A DNA stretch of 47,729 bases, taken from NCBI RefSeq assembly GCF_004010195.1, contig NC_057755.1, forward strand, positions 7,244,252 through 7,291,980. The letters are read 5' to 3'. Shown here piece after piece: positions 1 to 12,568 of this stretch; the stretch's first letter is position 1; each line of letters opens with the position of its first letter. This DNA comes from Chiloscyllium plagiosum. Its lineage: Eukaryota. The notes under the pieces are model-generated. The model was given only the letters and a program-made list of their open reading frames with translations, searched no databases and was not told the origin of the DNA. Position numbers and translations under genes: made by a program.

Positions 1-208
1 AGTGTGTTGCTTGAAAAGCGCAGCAGGTCAGCCAGTATCCAAGGAGCAGGAGAATCGACGTTTCGGGCATGAGCCCTTCTTCAGGAATGAGGGCTCATGC
101 CCAAAACGTCGATTCTTCTGTTCCTTGGATGCTGCCTGACCTGCTGCACTTTTCCAGCAACACATTTTCAGCTCTGATCTCCAGCATCTGCAGTCCTCAC
201 TTTCTCCT
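1..208. mobile_element. Penelope-like element terminal remnant (family A) arranged as an inverted repeat
   Basis: Arm ~4-76 is the reverse complement of arm ~91-165, followed by the tail CTCTGATCTCCAGCATCTGCAGTCCTCACTTTCTCC. The same sequence recurs at 14.5k, 26.2k, 27.9k, 28.7k, 36.4k and 40.0k. The left end may extend beyond the window. Confidence 0.75.
52..89 (-). ncRNA. Minimal type I hammerhead ribozyme motif
   Basis: Minus strand 84->57 reads CUGAAGA-A-GGGC-UCAU-GCCC-GAAA-CGUC: conserved core boxes, a 4-bp stem II, palindromic ACGU in place of helix III and a GUC cleavage triplet. Helix I is weak. Confidence 0.65.
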
Positions 209-519
209 CGTACATCTTCTCCATACTCACTCTGGTAATTCCAGTCTGTGTGAACCATCGGCATATTTCATTCTTTTGTACATTTCACGTCGATTAAATC
301 ATCGTTTAAATGTCATTAGTATTCCTGCACTTTTATCGATGTCCAGCTTTTTTTTAGCATCGTGGAGATCCCGTGACTTTAAAGCAGGAAGCGCACTAAA
401 ATTTGTGGTCAAATGCACAGCTCAGATTTCAACATGTAACATGTCACACAGGGAGACATATTGATAGAATTGGAGAAATTCTATATAAATCCTTATAACA
501 GAACATGAAGCTCTTTTAG

Positions 520-852
520 GAGTGTGTCAGTGAGAAAGAGAGAGATGATATGTGTTTGTCTGTTTGATTCGTTGTGTGTGTGATAGTATTTGTATGGGAG
601 TGTGTGATTCTTCGTGTGTTTGTGATTATCTTGATGTGAGTGTGAATGTGAATGCATGAGTGTATGTTTATTTTTGTGAGTGCGCGCGAGTCAATAAATG
701 AATGAGTAAGCCAGTTAGTGAGTCAGTGTGTGTGAATGTGATTGTGTATGTATGAGAGTTCATGTGTGTGCATTGTGCGTGAGTGACTTGAAAGCGAGCA
801 AGCATGAGTGAGTGCGTGTGCTTGTGTGCATGTTTATGTGAGAGACAGTGTG
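520..852. repeat. Degenerate (TG)n/(GAGT)n low-complexity tract
   Basis: TG-rich imperfect dinucleotide repeat read directly. Confidence 0.85.
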
Positions 853-1097
853 AAAGAAAATCTAATATTGCATTTATGAGTGCCTTTGCTCCACAATTCT
901 AAGTGATAGTGCTCCAAATGTCCTGTTGAATGCAGCATTACAGAGTTCAGCTGCAGCTAATATATGTTTCACGATACCTGGGAACCGAATGACTCGAGCT
1001 GCCAGTTGCTGCCTTTTAAGCATGGCAGCGAGGAACACAACTGCTCACTATAAGCACATGTAAAATATCCTCCATTCTCGGGGGAATGGGGTGGGAG

Positions 1098-1215
1098 TGC
1101 TCCTGTGATGAAGTGGTAAATGTTCCTACTTCTGAGTCAGCAGATGTGGATTTAAGCCCTTCCTGCTCCAGAGGGTGCTATGATGTTCCTGAACAGATTG
1201 ATTAGAAAATATTTA
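1098..1215 (+). mobile_element. Short degenerate tRNA-derived SINE
   Basis: A-box-like AAGTGGTAA and B-box-like GGATTTAAGCCC, ending CCTGAACAGATTGATTAGAAAA. Homologous to the minus-strand copy at ~32435-32550. Confidence 0.5.
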
Positions 1216-1799
1216 CAAGCTCACTACTCTCCCAGTACAGGCAGGCCCCAAGTTCCCTTGCCCTGACTTGAATCCGTGTGGAGTAAGTGACGTTCGTTGA
1301 GAATGTTCTCGTTAATGGAGAGGCATAAACTATCCAGAGGGTTTGAACTGGCCCTATGTCTCAGGAATTCTGACATAATGTTTGTGCTGGAAATGTGGCA
1401 GATAAACTCAGACTGAGCAGTCTTGCTCAGAGAAGACCAGCCATCATACTGGCACAGTCCATAAACCCAGCAAAGTCGTGGTGAGTGACGGGATGTGTGT
1501 CCGAGCCCACTTGGTACTCATTGCGTGTTTCTGTCCATCGGGATGGCTACATTGCAACAGCAGTTCAACTCTCGGTTTTCTGAGCTAAAAAAAATGGTCT
1601 TGTTATCACTTTAATTGATGCCGCTCATAATACAATCCAGTGGTGAAATTAAATCTGATGATCTTTCACTTTTCAAGATGTAGCCCATGTTTTGGAATTA
1701 GGGTCATAAGAGCAACATGAGACCGTTCAGCCCCTTGTGCTTGTTCTGGCATTCAATGCGTTCATGCTCATCAGAGGCATAACACGATAGGGTTTTAAA

Positions 1800-2112
1800 A
1801 CTGTATTCATAGGGCATTGGCATCACCGGCAAGGTAAGAATTTATTGCTCACAGGGCAATTCAGAGTCAATCACGTTGCTGTGGATCTGGAGTCACACGT
1901 AGGCCAGAGCAGTTGAGAATACCTGAAGGGCGTGAGAGGACTAGATGTATGTCTTACGGACAATGATTTCGTGGCGATCATTAGGCTCATAATTCCAGAT
2001 TTTTATGGAATTGAACACCCACCATCCACCATGGTGAAGTTCGAAACTGGGCGCCCAGAATATCACTGGGGTCTCTGGATTAATCGTAAAGTGATAATGC
2101 CACGTGGCCAAT
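1800..2112 (-). mobile_element. Degenerate tRNA-head SINE (DeuSINE/SacSINE1-like)
   Basis: Shares blocks (ATTTATTGC..CA, AGAGTCAA.CAC.TTGCTG, GTCTGGAGTCAC, terminal TTCGAA B-box) with copies at 15.6k, 41.0k and 45.6k. The family name is from recall. Confidence 0.55.
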
Positions 2113-2799
2113 GACTTTGACCTGCATTCTGCAATAACTTTGGATTACAAAATACTATCTATCTCAGATTTAAAGTAAATGACTGATTTAACTTTCACTG
2201 CCATTCGTTGAAGAAAGTTGAGAAAATTGATCAAAATTACTAGCATAAATCACATTTTACTCTCGCACGCTCAAACAAGCTTGAACAAGCATCAAATATA
2301 AGAGTAATTAGAAGTGAAGACATAATAACCATTTGGCACATTCCATCATTTCGTGCCTTTTTCGTCAACAGGTCACGCTCAGATATATTGCTAATGTCTT
2401 AAAATTATTTTGAATGCAATGTTTGAAGTTTTCCATTTCCCTTATTAGAAGGGATTATGACACAAAATGGACCATGTATTTAAAGCCGCTGCTTTTCAGC
2501 AGGGCTTGGATAACTTCCCAAATTTCACATAGGCAGAGCAATAGGAACATACAAAATGTAACAAGTCAGGTCAGCCACTGAATTATAGGTGTGAAGCCTT
2601 GCTCAGAATCGATCACAGAGTTTTAACCTACAGCCAGACTTGTTTTTTCCCGAAAGCAGGAATTTATAAAGTTTCATACTGTCCAACCATAACTTCAAAT
2701 TTTGCGTTGTCTGTCGAAAATAAAACAGAAGTAACTGCCATTTATCTAAACTCTTGAATGGAATCATTCACCCCAGATATGTGAGCGTCTATGCCTCCT

Positions 2800-2826
2800 T
2801 CTCTCTGTCTCTGTCTCTGTCTCTAC

Positions 2827-2857
<31 letters not shown>

Positions 2858-2930
2858 TGTGTGTGCGCACGTGTGTGTGTGTGTGACTGTGTCCTGTGTG
2901 GCTGTGTGTGCGTGTGTGTGTGCATATGCG
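2800..2930. repeat. Compound (CT)n(GT)n microsatellite
   Basis: Read directly; accounts for the spurious SLSL/CVCV ORF. Confidence 0.95.
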
Positions 2931-3106
2931 CACATGAGAGGGGGAATGTGGAAGTGTCTGCCTGAACTCCTAACAGTGTGCGTATGTAAAACCCTTTTTT
3001 TGGTAAGAGATTGAGTGAGTGTGTGAATTGTATTTATTTATGACTATGTGTGAAGGAGAAACCCAAAAGTGATATTTATATCTTCATAGAAAGGGAAGAT
3101 TAGATA

Positions 3107-3439
3107 TGTGACGAAACTGGTCCTTTCCGAAGGTTACTGTGTCTTTGAGGTTTTTTTTCAAGGTGTTAATTTGGCCAGGGTCCAAGTGGACTGGGTTTGG
3201 ATAGTTTAATGGGTCCCTTGTTGTGTTCAGATAGGATAAGTTTCGGTATTCCATTTTCCGTCTTAGTGTTTGATTACTTAAGCTTGAAAATAAAGTGCGT
3301 TTTGTTTAATACTCAGTAGTCTGACCAGCTAATTCTATCCGAGAAAATCCCTTATACGCTTCGGCAAATCAAATATCAAAGTTAAGGTATGGGTTACCTG
3401 TTTAAACATATTTTGAGGGATCAAGCCTTGTCCATAACT
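3107..3439 (+). repeat. 5' LTR (internally deleted)
   Basis: Starts TGTGACGAA and aligns with both ends of 9398-10008, but lacks roughly 280 bp of its middle. Followed by a degenerate PBS-like TGG..GCTC...CGGGAT at 3443-3460. Confidence 0.8.
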
Positions 3440-6400
3440 GACTGGTGCTCTTTGCGGGATTTGATTTTTTAATTGCAAATTGGGATTTGGGATTCGAATT
3501 GTTTGGATTCGGAGGCAGCGAGTGTTATGTGTTACTGTCTTCATTCCGGGCGTTGATTTGGTCGGATAAACAGATGGCGATGGTTCTTTCAGTCACGAAG
3601 AGCTTTCTGGAGGTATTAGAAGTGATCTTGGAGGTTTGAGAAAATATCATTAAGGCCAAGCTGCGGGAATTTGCGGAAAAGCCGGACTTGGGGCTATCTC
3701 CTTCCGTGAGGAAAGATGTGACAATTACCGCAATGGCTCAGCATTTAAATTTGCTGGAAACACCATCAGGATGTGTAGAGACGGATAAAATTCGATTGCA
3801 AACTAAACAAGTTGAGTTAGAAGCGAGAGAGAAGGAAAGGCCAACAGAAATGAGGGATGATTAAAAGCAGAAGAGAAGGAAAAAGTAGGAAGGGCTTTAG
3901 CAGAAGAGAAAGAAAGAGAGAGAGAGAGAGAGAGTTTGTACTTCAGAAAATGACACTCAGAAAGGAATGTCAACTCAAAAGGATGGAGTTGAAGGCTGAA
4001 AATGAGTCTATTGAGGAAGCGAGTGAAGATGAATAAGCTTGTGGTAGTCAAAACCTGGCGAGAAGCTGTTTAATTATATTCAAGCATTGCCTAAGTTTGA
4101 TGAGAAGCCTTTTTCATCTTATTTGAAAAAATGTCTAAACACCTGCAGTGGCCAGGGACCATGTGGGTTTTGTTTATCCAAACAGAATTTGTAGGTAGAG
4201 CTTAGTGAGTTACTCGCATCACTGTCAGAGGAGGTATGTGAGGAGTGTGAGGCAGTGAAGAAATTACAAATGAGCATGTGCCAGAAACCGCCAGAAAACG
4301 TTTCAGGAATCTAAGAAGGGCCCTGGTCAAAACTATATCGAGTTTGAAATAATCAAGCAAAGTAATTTTGATAGGTAGATAAGAGTATTAAAAATAAAGC
4401 AAACTTCTCAGAGAGACAAGTATTTTGGAGGAATTCAAAATTTCACTTCCTGATGTGGTGCGAACTCATGTGAAAGCAGAGAGTTAAAACGGCAAGGTTA
4501 GCAGCTGAATTTGTTGATGATTATGAATTGGTCCATAAAACACAGTTTGATGAACAATCAACTTCAGTACTTGAGGAATATAAATTGCGGCAAAGAGAAA
4601 TCCTCACGTGGTAAGGGAAACGTAAATCTCAGTGAAGATCATAGGGATAACTTACCACGGTTTAAACATGAAAACCTTGAAAGGGACAAAGAAGCTAAAA
4701 AAAGCTCTGTTGTTTTCATTGCAATAAAGTAGGTCACATGAAATCAGTGTTGGTGGGCTAGGAGAAGCACTGGAAACCCAGTTGTAGGTAAACCTGTGAG
4801 TTTTGTTGGAGTGAAAACAGAAGGCCCGGTGGAGGCGAGAAAGCTGCAACAGAACTTACATGCTGACCGAAGGTTGGTTAAGGACGAAGTACCAGATCTG
4901 CTTAATAGATATACATGCAAAGGTAAAGTTCATTCACATAGAGCAGGAGTAGCAGGTAAAGAGTTTACTATATTAAGGGACACAGGATACTCTCAGTCTG
5001 TGATGCTGCAAGACGAGAACATATGTACTTTTGAAAAGTTATTGCCAGAAAAGGTGCTGGTAACGGGAATTCATGGTGAGCTAGAAAGTGCTTAATTATG
5101 TTTAGTGAGGGCATAGAGTCTACAAAAGAAGGGCGACTTTGTTGTAGAAGTACTGGACAAACTCTCAACTCCAGGAATACAATTTGTCCTTGCTAATGAT
5201 ACAGCCAATTCACCGGTAGAAGTGCTGCCTCCTGTGGTAGAAAAGTCAGTGGAAACTCAGTCAACTGAACAATTGCAAGACACACATCTTGGATTATTTC
5301 CTTGCAGCATGTTAACGAGGTCACAAAGTTACAAGTTTGAAACAGGAGATATCAAAGAGTACAGATAAGACAGCTGGAGTGACATTAGCAGAGACCCTGT
5401 TTGATCAGATGGTTGAGACAAAACAGAAGCAGATACATGACAATGCAGACATCTTTCACTCAGATAAATTAGTTGAGTAACATCAGAAAGATAAAAATTT
5501 AAAGCAAATATATCAAAATGAACACATAGAGAATGAATCAGAATGTATCCATGGATGTTATTACCTTAAAAATGATGTCTTAATGAGGAAAAGGGAGGAC
5601 ATCACAAATCCAGGCAGGTGAGAAATGGGCAGAAAGTCATCAAATGAATTTCTACCCAGTGGGTATAGAAAATAGGTGTTGCGAGTGGAACATGAACTAC
5701 CACTTGGAGGTCATTTAGGAGTGAGGAAAACACAGGATAAATTGCATAGACATTATACTGGCCTGGACTGCACAAGGATGCAGTTGAATTTTGCCAGACA
5801 TGTCATATATGTCAATTAATTGGAAAACCACAGGTGGTAATAAAACCTGCACCTTTAATACATATTACAGCATTTGAGGAACCTTTTTACAATAGTCTTA
5901 ATTGATTGCATAGGTCCCCAACCACAAGCAAGTGGTAGGAAACAGTATTTGTTCACAATAATGGATCTATCGACTAGATTTCCAGAGGCCATTCCATTAT
6001 GCAATATCACAGCTAAAAGAATTGTAGAGGAATCACTCAAATCTTTCACCAGATACGGACTACCAATGGAAATGCAGTTGAATCAAGGGTCAAATTTCAC
6101 ATCAAAATTATTCAAGGAAGCTATGGACAGCTGGGAATTGTAGGGAGCGCCAGATAGTTGGCATCAAGCATTAAAGACAATGTTGAGGGTTTGTAGTGCA
6201 GACTATCCAGATGTTTAGGATATGGAAATTCTGCTTGTCCTTTTTGCATCAAATAAATCGATCATTCCCGTCCGTTTGGATTAGTTTTTGGGCACAAAGT
6301 GAGAGGACTATTAAAATCGATTAAGGAGAAATTAGTAAGTCAGATTTCAGAGAGCACGCTTTTGGACTATGTGGTAAATTTTAAGGGAACGATTAAGTAG

Positions 6401-6660
6401 AGCTAGGGAGTTGGCTAGATAGCATTTGCAAATATCAAAGCACACAATGAAACAGGAAGCAGACAAGATATAAAAAATGCTATTTTGCTATTGGGGATAA
6501 GACATTAGTGTTTCTTCCAGTTTTAGTGGACGTTATCAAATCGAAAGGAAATTGAATGAGGTGACCTTTTTGATCAGGATACTCGAAGAAATCGCACAGA
6601 GTATGTCATGTGAGTATGCTCAAATGGTATTTTGACAGGAAAGGAAAGGAAAGCCAGTAT

Positions 6661-6960
6661 GGGCGGCACGGTGACTCAGTGGTGAGCACCCTGCTTCACA
6701 GCACCAGGGTCCCAGGTTCGATTGCAGCCTCGGGCGACTGTCTGTGTGGAGTTTGCACGGTCTCCCTGTGTCTGTGTGGGTTTCCTCCGACAGTCCAAAG
6801 ATGTGCAAGTCAGATGAATTGGCCATGCTAAATTGCCCATAGTGTGGTTAGGTGCGTTATTCAGAGGAGAAATGGGTCTGGGTAGGTTAATCTTCGGAGG
6901 GTTGATGTGGACTTGTTGGGCTGAAGGGCCTGTTTCCACACTATAGATATTATAATCTAT
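6661..6960 (+). mobile_element. HE1-type V-SINE inserted at the end of the Gypsy integrase
   Basis: tRNA head GGCGGCACGGTGACTCAGTGG...GGTTCGATT, V-domain TGTGTGGAGTTTGCAC..CTCCCTGTGTCTG.GTGGGTTTCCTCCG, 3' tail GGGCTGAAGGGCCTGTTTCCACACT. Confidence 0.88.
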
Positions 6961-7069
6961 TAAAAAAAAAGGAAGCGGTGTTAATGATTACAACACAGAT
7001 TGAAAAAATAAATTCAGAGGATTCTGAATTGGACAATCAATGAAGACGTTGTCAAAAATTGGCATAACT

Positions 7070-7632
7070 TGGCTGTGTGTGTGTGTGTGTGTGTGAGTGT
7101 GTGTGTGTGTGTCTGTGTCCTGTGTGGCTGTGTGTGTGTGTGTGTGAGTGTGAGAAGCTGCCACTGTCTCAATGTTCTGACTTCGAACCTTTAAGGCTTT
7201 GCATCATTTTTACCTTTTGTGCCAAAAGATGTTTATTGCGATTGCTGCAAATATTTTTTGAACAGCATCATTAAGTCCGGATAGACTGTTGTGTTCAGAT
7301 AGGATAAGTTTCGGTATTCTATTTTCCGTTCTTAGTGTTTGATTACTTAAGCTTGAAAATAAAGTGTATTTTGTTTAATACTCAGTAGTCTGACCAGCTA
7401 ATTCTATCCGAGAAAAGCCCTTATACGCTTAGGCAAATCAAATATCAAAGTTAAGTTATGGGTTACCTGTGGACTTGTTGGGCTGAAGGGCCTGTTTCCA
7501 CACTATAGATATTCTAATCTATTTAAAAAAAGAGGAAGCGGTGTTAATGATTACAACACAGATTGAAAAAATAAATTCAAAGGATTCTGAGTTGGACAAT
7601 CAATGAAGACGTTGTCAAAAATTGGCATAACT
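7070..7632 (+). repeat. Mosaic local duplication: (TG)n, then LTR segment, then copy of 6906-7069
   Basis: 7072-7150 resembles 2840-2920. 7150-7470 is LTR sequence, of which 7290-7470 is nearly identical to 3220-3400. 7468-7632 is nearly identical to 6906-7069. Confidence 0.85.
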
Positions 7633-7850
7633 TTTTGAGTTATCTTGCTGTCAAAAATCGAAAGGACCTGAAAGTGGTATTACTATCGTATGGGGAGATA
7701 TGCGGAAGTAAACTGGGAAGTACGAACGTAATTGTGCTCGACATAGATATAGAAGATGCTGTTCCGATTAAGCAACGGCCTTATAAGCAAAACCCTCTAA
7801 ATACTGCACAGGTTTAAAAAGATATTGAATGCATACTCCAACGTATAGGT

Positions 7851-8120
7851 TAGATCAGATTACATTACAGTGTGGAAACAGGCCCTTCGGCCCAACAAGT
7901 CCACACCGACCCGCCGAAGCGCAACCCACCCATACCCTACATTTACCCCATACCTAACACCGTGGACAATTTCCCATGGCCAATTCACCTGACCTGCACA
8001 TCTTTGGACTGTGGGAGGAAACCGGAGCACCCGGAGGAAACCCACGCAGACACGGGGAGAATGTGCAAACTCCACACAGTCAGTCACCTGAGTCGGGAAT
8101 TGAACCCGGGTCTCTGGCGC
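7851..8120 (-). mobile_element. HE1-type V-SINE, 5'-truncated, within Gypsy RT
   Basis: Reverse complement of the HE1 V-domain and tail, with a (TAGAT)-like tail at 7851-7866. Confidence 0.88.
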
Positions 8121-9397
8121 CAGATGGTACCCAATGGTTGTGTGGACTATCGCCAAGTAAATGCAGTTACAAAGACTGATGCATATCGGATTCCGCGTTT
8201 GGAAGACTATGTTGAAAAGGTATAATCAACTTATACTTCTAAGTTAGACTTGCTCAGACGATAGTGGCAGGTACCTTGGTCAGAAAGAGAAAAGGCAATT
8301 TCGACTTTCATAACACTGAATGGACTGTATCAGTTTAAAGTCATGCCATTTGATATGAAAAACGCACCAGCCACATTTCAGAGACTAACAACAAGGTCAA
8401 TGTCGGAATACTCAACTGTGTTGTCTACATAAATGATCTGGTGGTTTTCAGACACACATGGAAGGATTTGTTTGATCGTCTTCGACAGGCAGGCTTGGTG
8501 ATAAACCTGACTGAAAGTGAATTTGCCAAAGCCTGAGTCAGTTTCCTGAGCCACGTTATTGGACACGGATAAATGGCCCCACGGGATGCGAAAACAAAGT
8601 CAATTGGGAAATTTCCCACACCATCGTCAAAAAGAGCAGTACTCTCAGTTCCTGGGATTGAGCGAATTTTATCGAAGGTCTGTGCCAAAGTTTCACAGTG
8701 TGGCTCCACTCACTGAATTGCCAAAGAAAGGCAAGAAGTTTTAGTGGATAGCGGACTGTCCGAAGGCGTTTGACAGTCTGAAAACTGTGTTAACCACTGC
8801 CATCCTATGAACCACACCTAATTGCACAAAGTCTTTCAAGGCGGCTACCGGTGCAAGTGATGTGGGTATTCGTGTTGTGTTCCTGCAGGAAGACGACGAG
8901 AAGATAGAAAGACCTATCGGGTATTGCTGCAGGAAGCTGAACATTCATCAGCAGAAATAATCGGCAGTTTTGAAGGAGGCTTTGATGTTTGTTATAGCAA
9001 TACAACATTTCATTGTTTATGGCACCAGAAACGCATCTGAGACAATCGTTTGCACTGAGCATTACCTAGCCAAGTTTGTGAAGAAATGTAATGACAAGAA
9101 TGCCCCAGTGTTTAGATGGAACTTGTTGTTACAGCCATTCACTTTGAAAACTGTGCTTGTGGTGGGTCGAGAAAACATGATTGCCGATGCATTTTCGAGA
9201 CTTGAATGTGATACAACGGCGTTCGGTGCTGGGAGTGCCACGGACTGAATCCGAATGTAGTTGTGCATTTTGCATGTATATTGTCAGTGAATATATATGT
9301 GCGCTTTACGGTGGTAACCACGTTTTTTGGGGGGGGAGGGTTTGAAAGATATTGCGTCTTTGGATATTGATGGTTCATTTTTTTACAAGCAGGGAGG

Positions 9398-10008
9398 TGT
9401 GATGAAGCTCATCCTTTCTCAAGGTTACTGTAACACTGAGCACTTTTCTGGTAGGTGTTAGTTGGCCAGGCTCCAATGAGACTGGGTATGGATAATTTAT
9501 TGCCCTTTTTATGTCCACCTAACAAAAAATGCCTCCAGTGGAGATCTTTCAAGTCTTAAAAAATACCGCTATAATCAAAGGGGAATGGCCAGCTAGCTGC
9601 GGAGCTAGCGTTCGTTTAGATTAGTCAGTTGAGTTCAGCTGCAGTCTGCGTGAGAAAGTGCCACTGTCTCTCTTCCTTTGACTTTGACCCCGTAAGAATT
9701 TGTTTCGTTTTTGCTTTTTGTGCCAAGAGATGTTTATTGGGATTGTTGCAAGTATTTTGGAACAGCATAATTAAGTCGGCATAGCCTGTCCTGATTGGAA
9801 ATGATAAGTTTCGCTATTCTATTTTCTGATCTTTGTGGTTGGTTCTGTAATCTTGCAAATAAAGACTGTTTTGTTTAAAACTCAATAGTTTGCCCAGCTA
9901 AGTCTGTGCTGAAAAGTCGGCTATACACTTACATAAATCAAATAGCAAAGTTAAGGTCTGGGCTACCTGCTTGAAAATGTGTTCAGGAGTCGGACCTGGT
10001 CCGGAACA
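9398..10008 (+). repeat. 3' LTR
   Basis: TGT...ACA ends, preceded by the polypurine tract AGGGAGG (9391-9397); contains AATAAA near 9858. Confidence 0.85.
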
Positions 10009-12319
10009 GATGTGGATGGATTATAAGGAAGTACATAGGTGTAGTCTCCTCGGTTCTGAAGAGAATGAGAAAGAGAGAGCAAACTTGGAAGCATTTAGTG
10101 ATATCAGGAACAGTACTGTGCAGAGAAACTTTTCTATGAAACCAGTTGTTAGACTTTAAGAACAAATTGTTACCGAGTGCGCTGAAGGCTAGTTCATTTG
10201 CAGCATCCAAGATGAATTTAGGTAGTTAATTCAAAAAGTACACAGAAGTGAGTAAGAGAACGGCACGATCTAATTGCTCATTCAGAGAGCTCGTACATAA
10301 TTAATGGGCTTAATAATCTTCTTCTTCACTGCAACCATTATTGGACTCAGGGACGTAGCTCTGACCTGAGAATGGATAGCGAGAGCAATAGAGACAGGAA
10401 TTTCTCTCTCTGGTGTGTTCTTGGAAGACTGAAAAGTCCTGAAAAGTAAGAATGATAGCTATTCTATTGAAGAAATGGGGGGCTGCAAGCTGCTTGTACA
10501 AAAAAAACCCCTGAAGTTTAAAGGCATTTACTTGCATTTGTGAAAGATGAGAAATTACAAACAGATCTGGGAACCCTGACATTTAATATCAGCAAAAATG
10601 ATGCATCACCAGGAAGTAGGGACACGGTTTTGACATTCATAAATGGATAGAAATTAAAAGGAGAGTGAAACCAGAGGAGGTGCACTGTAAAATAAAATAA
10701 TGTGTCATTCTTACTGAATGATGTTGCAATGGGGCATTTCATTTCATGATAATTAAGCCTCATTGCCTACATTTTGGAGGGAACAAAAAATGTTCACAAA
10801 TCAAATCCCTACAACAAGCGCCTGAAAAAGGCAAAAGGACTGAGAGGGCGAGTGGAGCAGATTCTAAAATCATTATTATGGACCAAACTAAATATATCAA
10901 GGAGGTAGCCGAGACTCTAATTTTTATCGTATGTAAGGACAAGTGCAAGGTGCTTTGTTCCAGATGTCATTCGAGTGGTCGTGCTTTTCTGCTGCTAACA
11001 AAACATATCTGATTAAACAAAACATTACAAGACAAACAGAGGAAAGAAGAATTGGTGTAGTTTTATCTCAACTGGAAAATCGAACAGAAGAATAGGCTGT
11101 TCAACTACTAAACAGCAACAGTTCAAAATAGTAATATTTCATAAACACACACTTGGCAAAGGCAAATTCAGTAAGACAGGTTGTCTCGCATAAAATATTT
11201 CTCCAGTCAGGAGAATAGAACACCAAAGCAGAGCACGAGAACTCCAGCTTTTTGCTGTGGCTGAGAGAGATGTATAACAGCTTCCACAGACAATTTCAAA
11301 ACCCAACAACAGAATGCTGAACAAAGACACTTGTTCTGTCTGAACGTGACTCTCTACATCTCAGCCACCACTATTGTTTTAATTTTATATAATAATAAAA
11401 GAAAACCTGAGCCTCCCAAACTGTTTATTGGCTTGGAAGAGACATTTCTGTATCTCTGGCTTAATGTGTTCTTTCAAAGAAAAGACCAGAAACCATCTCT
11501 CAACACTACAGTATCATCACACTCCCCACCCTAAAGAAAATGAACCATTAACATACAAAAGTGTATTCGTTTTTACAAAAACCCTTAGCCCCACGATATT
11601 AGTACACTACAACACATATACATTTATTTGACTCTAAGCATGCAAACTTTTGATTTTTTTATAGTGCATATCAGTCCATCTCTTCCACCTTTGTCTTCCT
11701 TCATCAACGTCATGACAATGCACCCGCAATTACAGTTTCTGAACCAGCCACTTGTATAGTTTTTTCAAATTAAATGTCTATAAAATAATCTCCATTTTAT
11801 CAATCTGTTAATTTAATCTTTTTTCCCCAAATCGTTAAGGGGTTTTGATCAGAATATACAATTGTGTCAGACACATTACTGCAACATAAATATTGCAACC
11901 CCAATACAAAACAAAGGATGTCCATCTCACCTGAGGAATAGTTTTGTCGATGAATATTTAGCTTTTTGTAAAAATGTCCATGAAGTTTTTCTCTCTATTC
12001 TTGTCATTAACTTTGTAAGTGTACAGCACTAACACCGACAACACTCGCAACGATAGCCACTTTGAATGGCTTAAGTGTGGTTAACGCTGAGGCATGTTAA
12101 CGGAGCTCTCAGCATGCCAAATGACTTTTGACGTTACCCAGCCTACTGAAACTTCCTGGACTTTTGCAACAGATCAGTCAAAACAGCAAAGATACGGGTA
12201 ACATTTGGGATGGATCTTTGAACAAAGCTACTCAGTCCCAGGAATCATAGCACTTTCCTCTTTAATGTCATGGCCTTGATTTAGTCATCTGTTCATGTCC
12301 AATAATATGATTTGGACTT

Positions 12320-12568
12320 AGCAAGTTTTGAGAAGATTCGTAGCTCAGGTTGAGGTTCTGGATGTAGGTTTTCCCGCTGAGCTGGAAGGTCAATTTTCAG
12401 ACGTTTCGTCACCATACTAGGCAACATCTTCAGTGAGCCTCTGAAAAAATTGCTGCTGGTGTTTCCTGCTTTCCATTTATATGTTTGGGTTTCCATGGGT
12501 TGGTGATGTCCTTTCCTTATAGTGGTGAAAAATGAACCTTCCAGCTCAGCGAGCAAACCGATATCCAG
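12320..12568 (-). mobile_element. Penelope-like pseudo-LTR remnant (family B) with inverted partial copy and 12-bp TSD
   Basis: 12526-12568 is an inverted copy of ~12358-12399. Flanked by TGATTTGGACTT (12308-12319) and TGACTTGGACTT (12569-12580). Confidence 0.78.
12397..12436 (-). ncRNA. Minimal type I hammerhead ribozyme motif (family B)
   Basis: Minus strand reads UCA-CUGAAGA-U-GUUGCC-UAGUAU-GGUGAC-GAAA-CGUC-UGA: 3-bp helix I, 6-bp stem II (two GU pairs), ACGU palindrome and GUC site. Confidence 0.72.

Larger units (their letters stand above)
3107..10008 (+). mobile_element. Near full-length decayed Gypsy LTR retrotransposon, Gmr1 type (gag-PR-INT-RT-RNaseH)
   Basis: LTRs at 3107-3439 and 9398-10008, flanked by GATA/GATG (4-bp TSD, one mismatch). 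Gag PKFDEK..FFILFEK, zinc knuckle CFHCNKVGH (~4711), protease ILRDTG (~4970). Integrase GHLGVRKT..WPGLHKD..FCQTCHIC, IDCIGP and STRFPEAIPL (5690-6640). RT VNAVTKTDAYRIPR and FKVMPF..NAPATFQR (7760-8570). RNaseH ASDVG..ENMIADAFSR (8760-9200). Many stops and frameshifts. Confidence 0.93.

Noticed and set aside
28..464. Recurring short ORFs (CCWKSAAGQAASKEQ; WPIHLTCTSLDCG) suggesting a small-protein family
   Set aside because: They are translations of Penelope ends and HE1 SINEs in arbitrary frames.
3107..10008. Endogenous retrovirus (tRNA-Pro-like PBS)
   Set aside because: There is no env or room for one between RNaseH and the PPT, and the RT/INT motifs and order are Gypsy/Gmr1.
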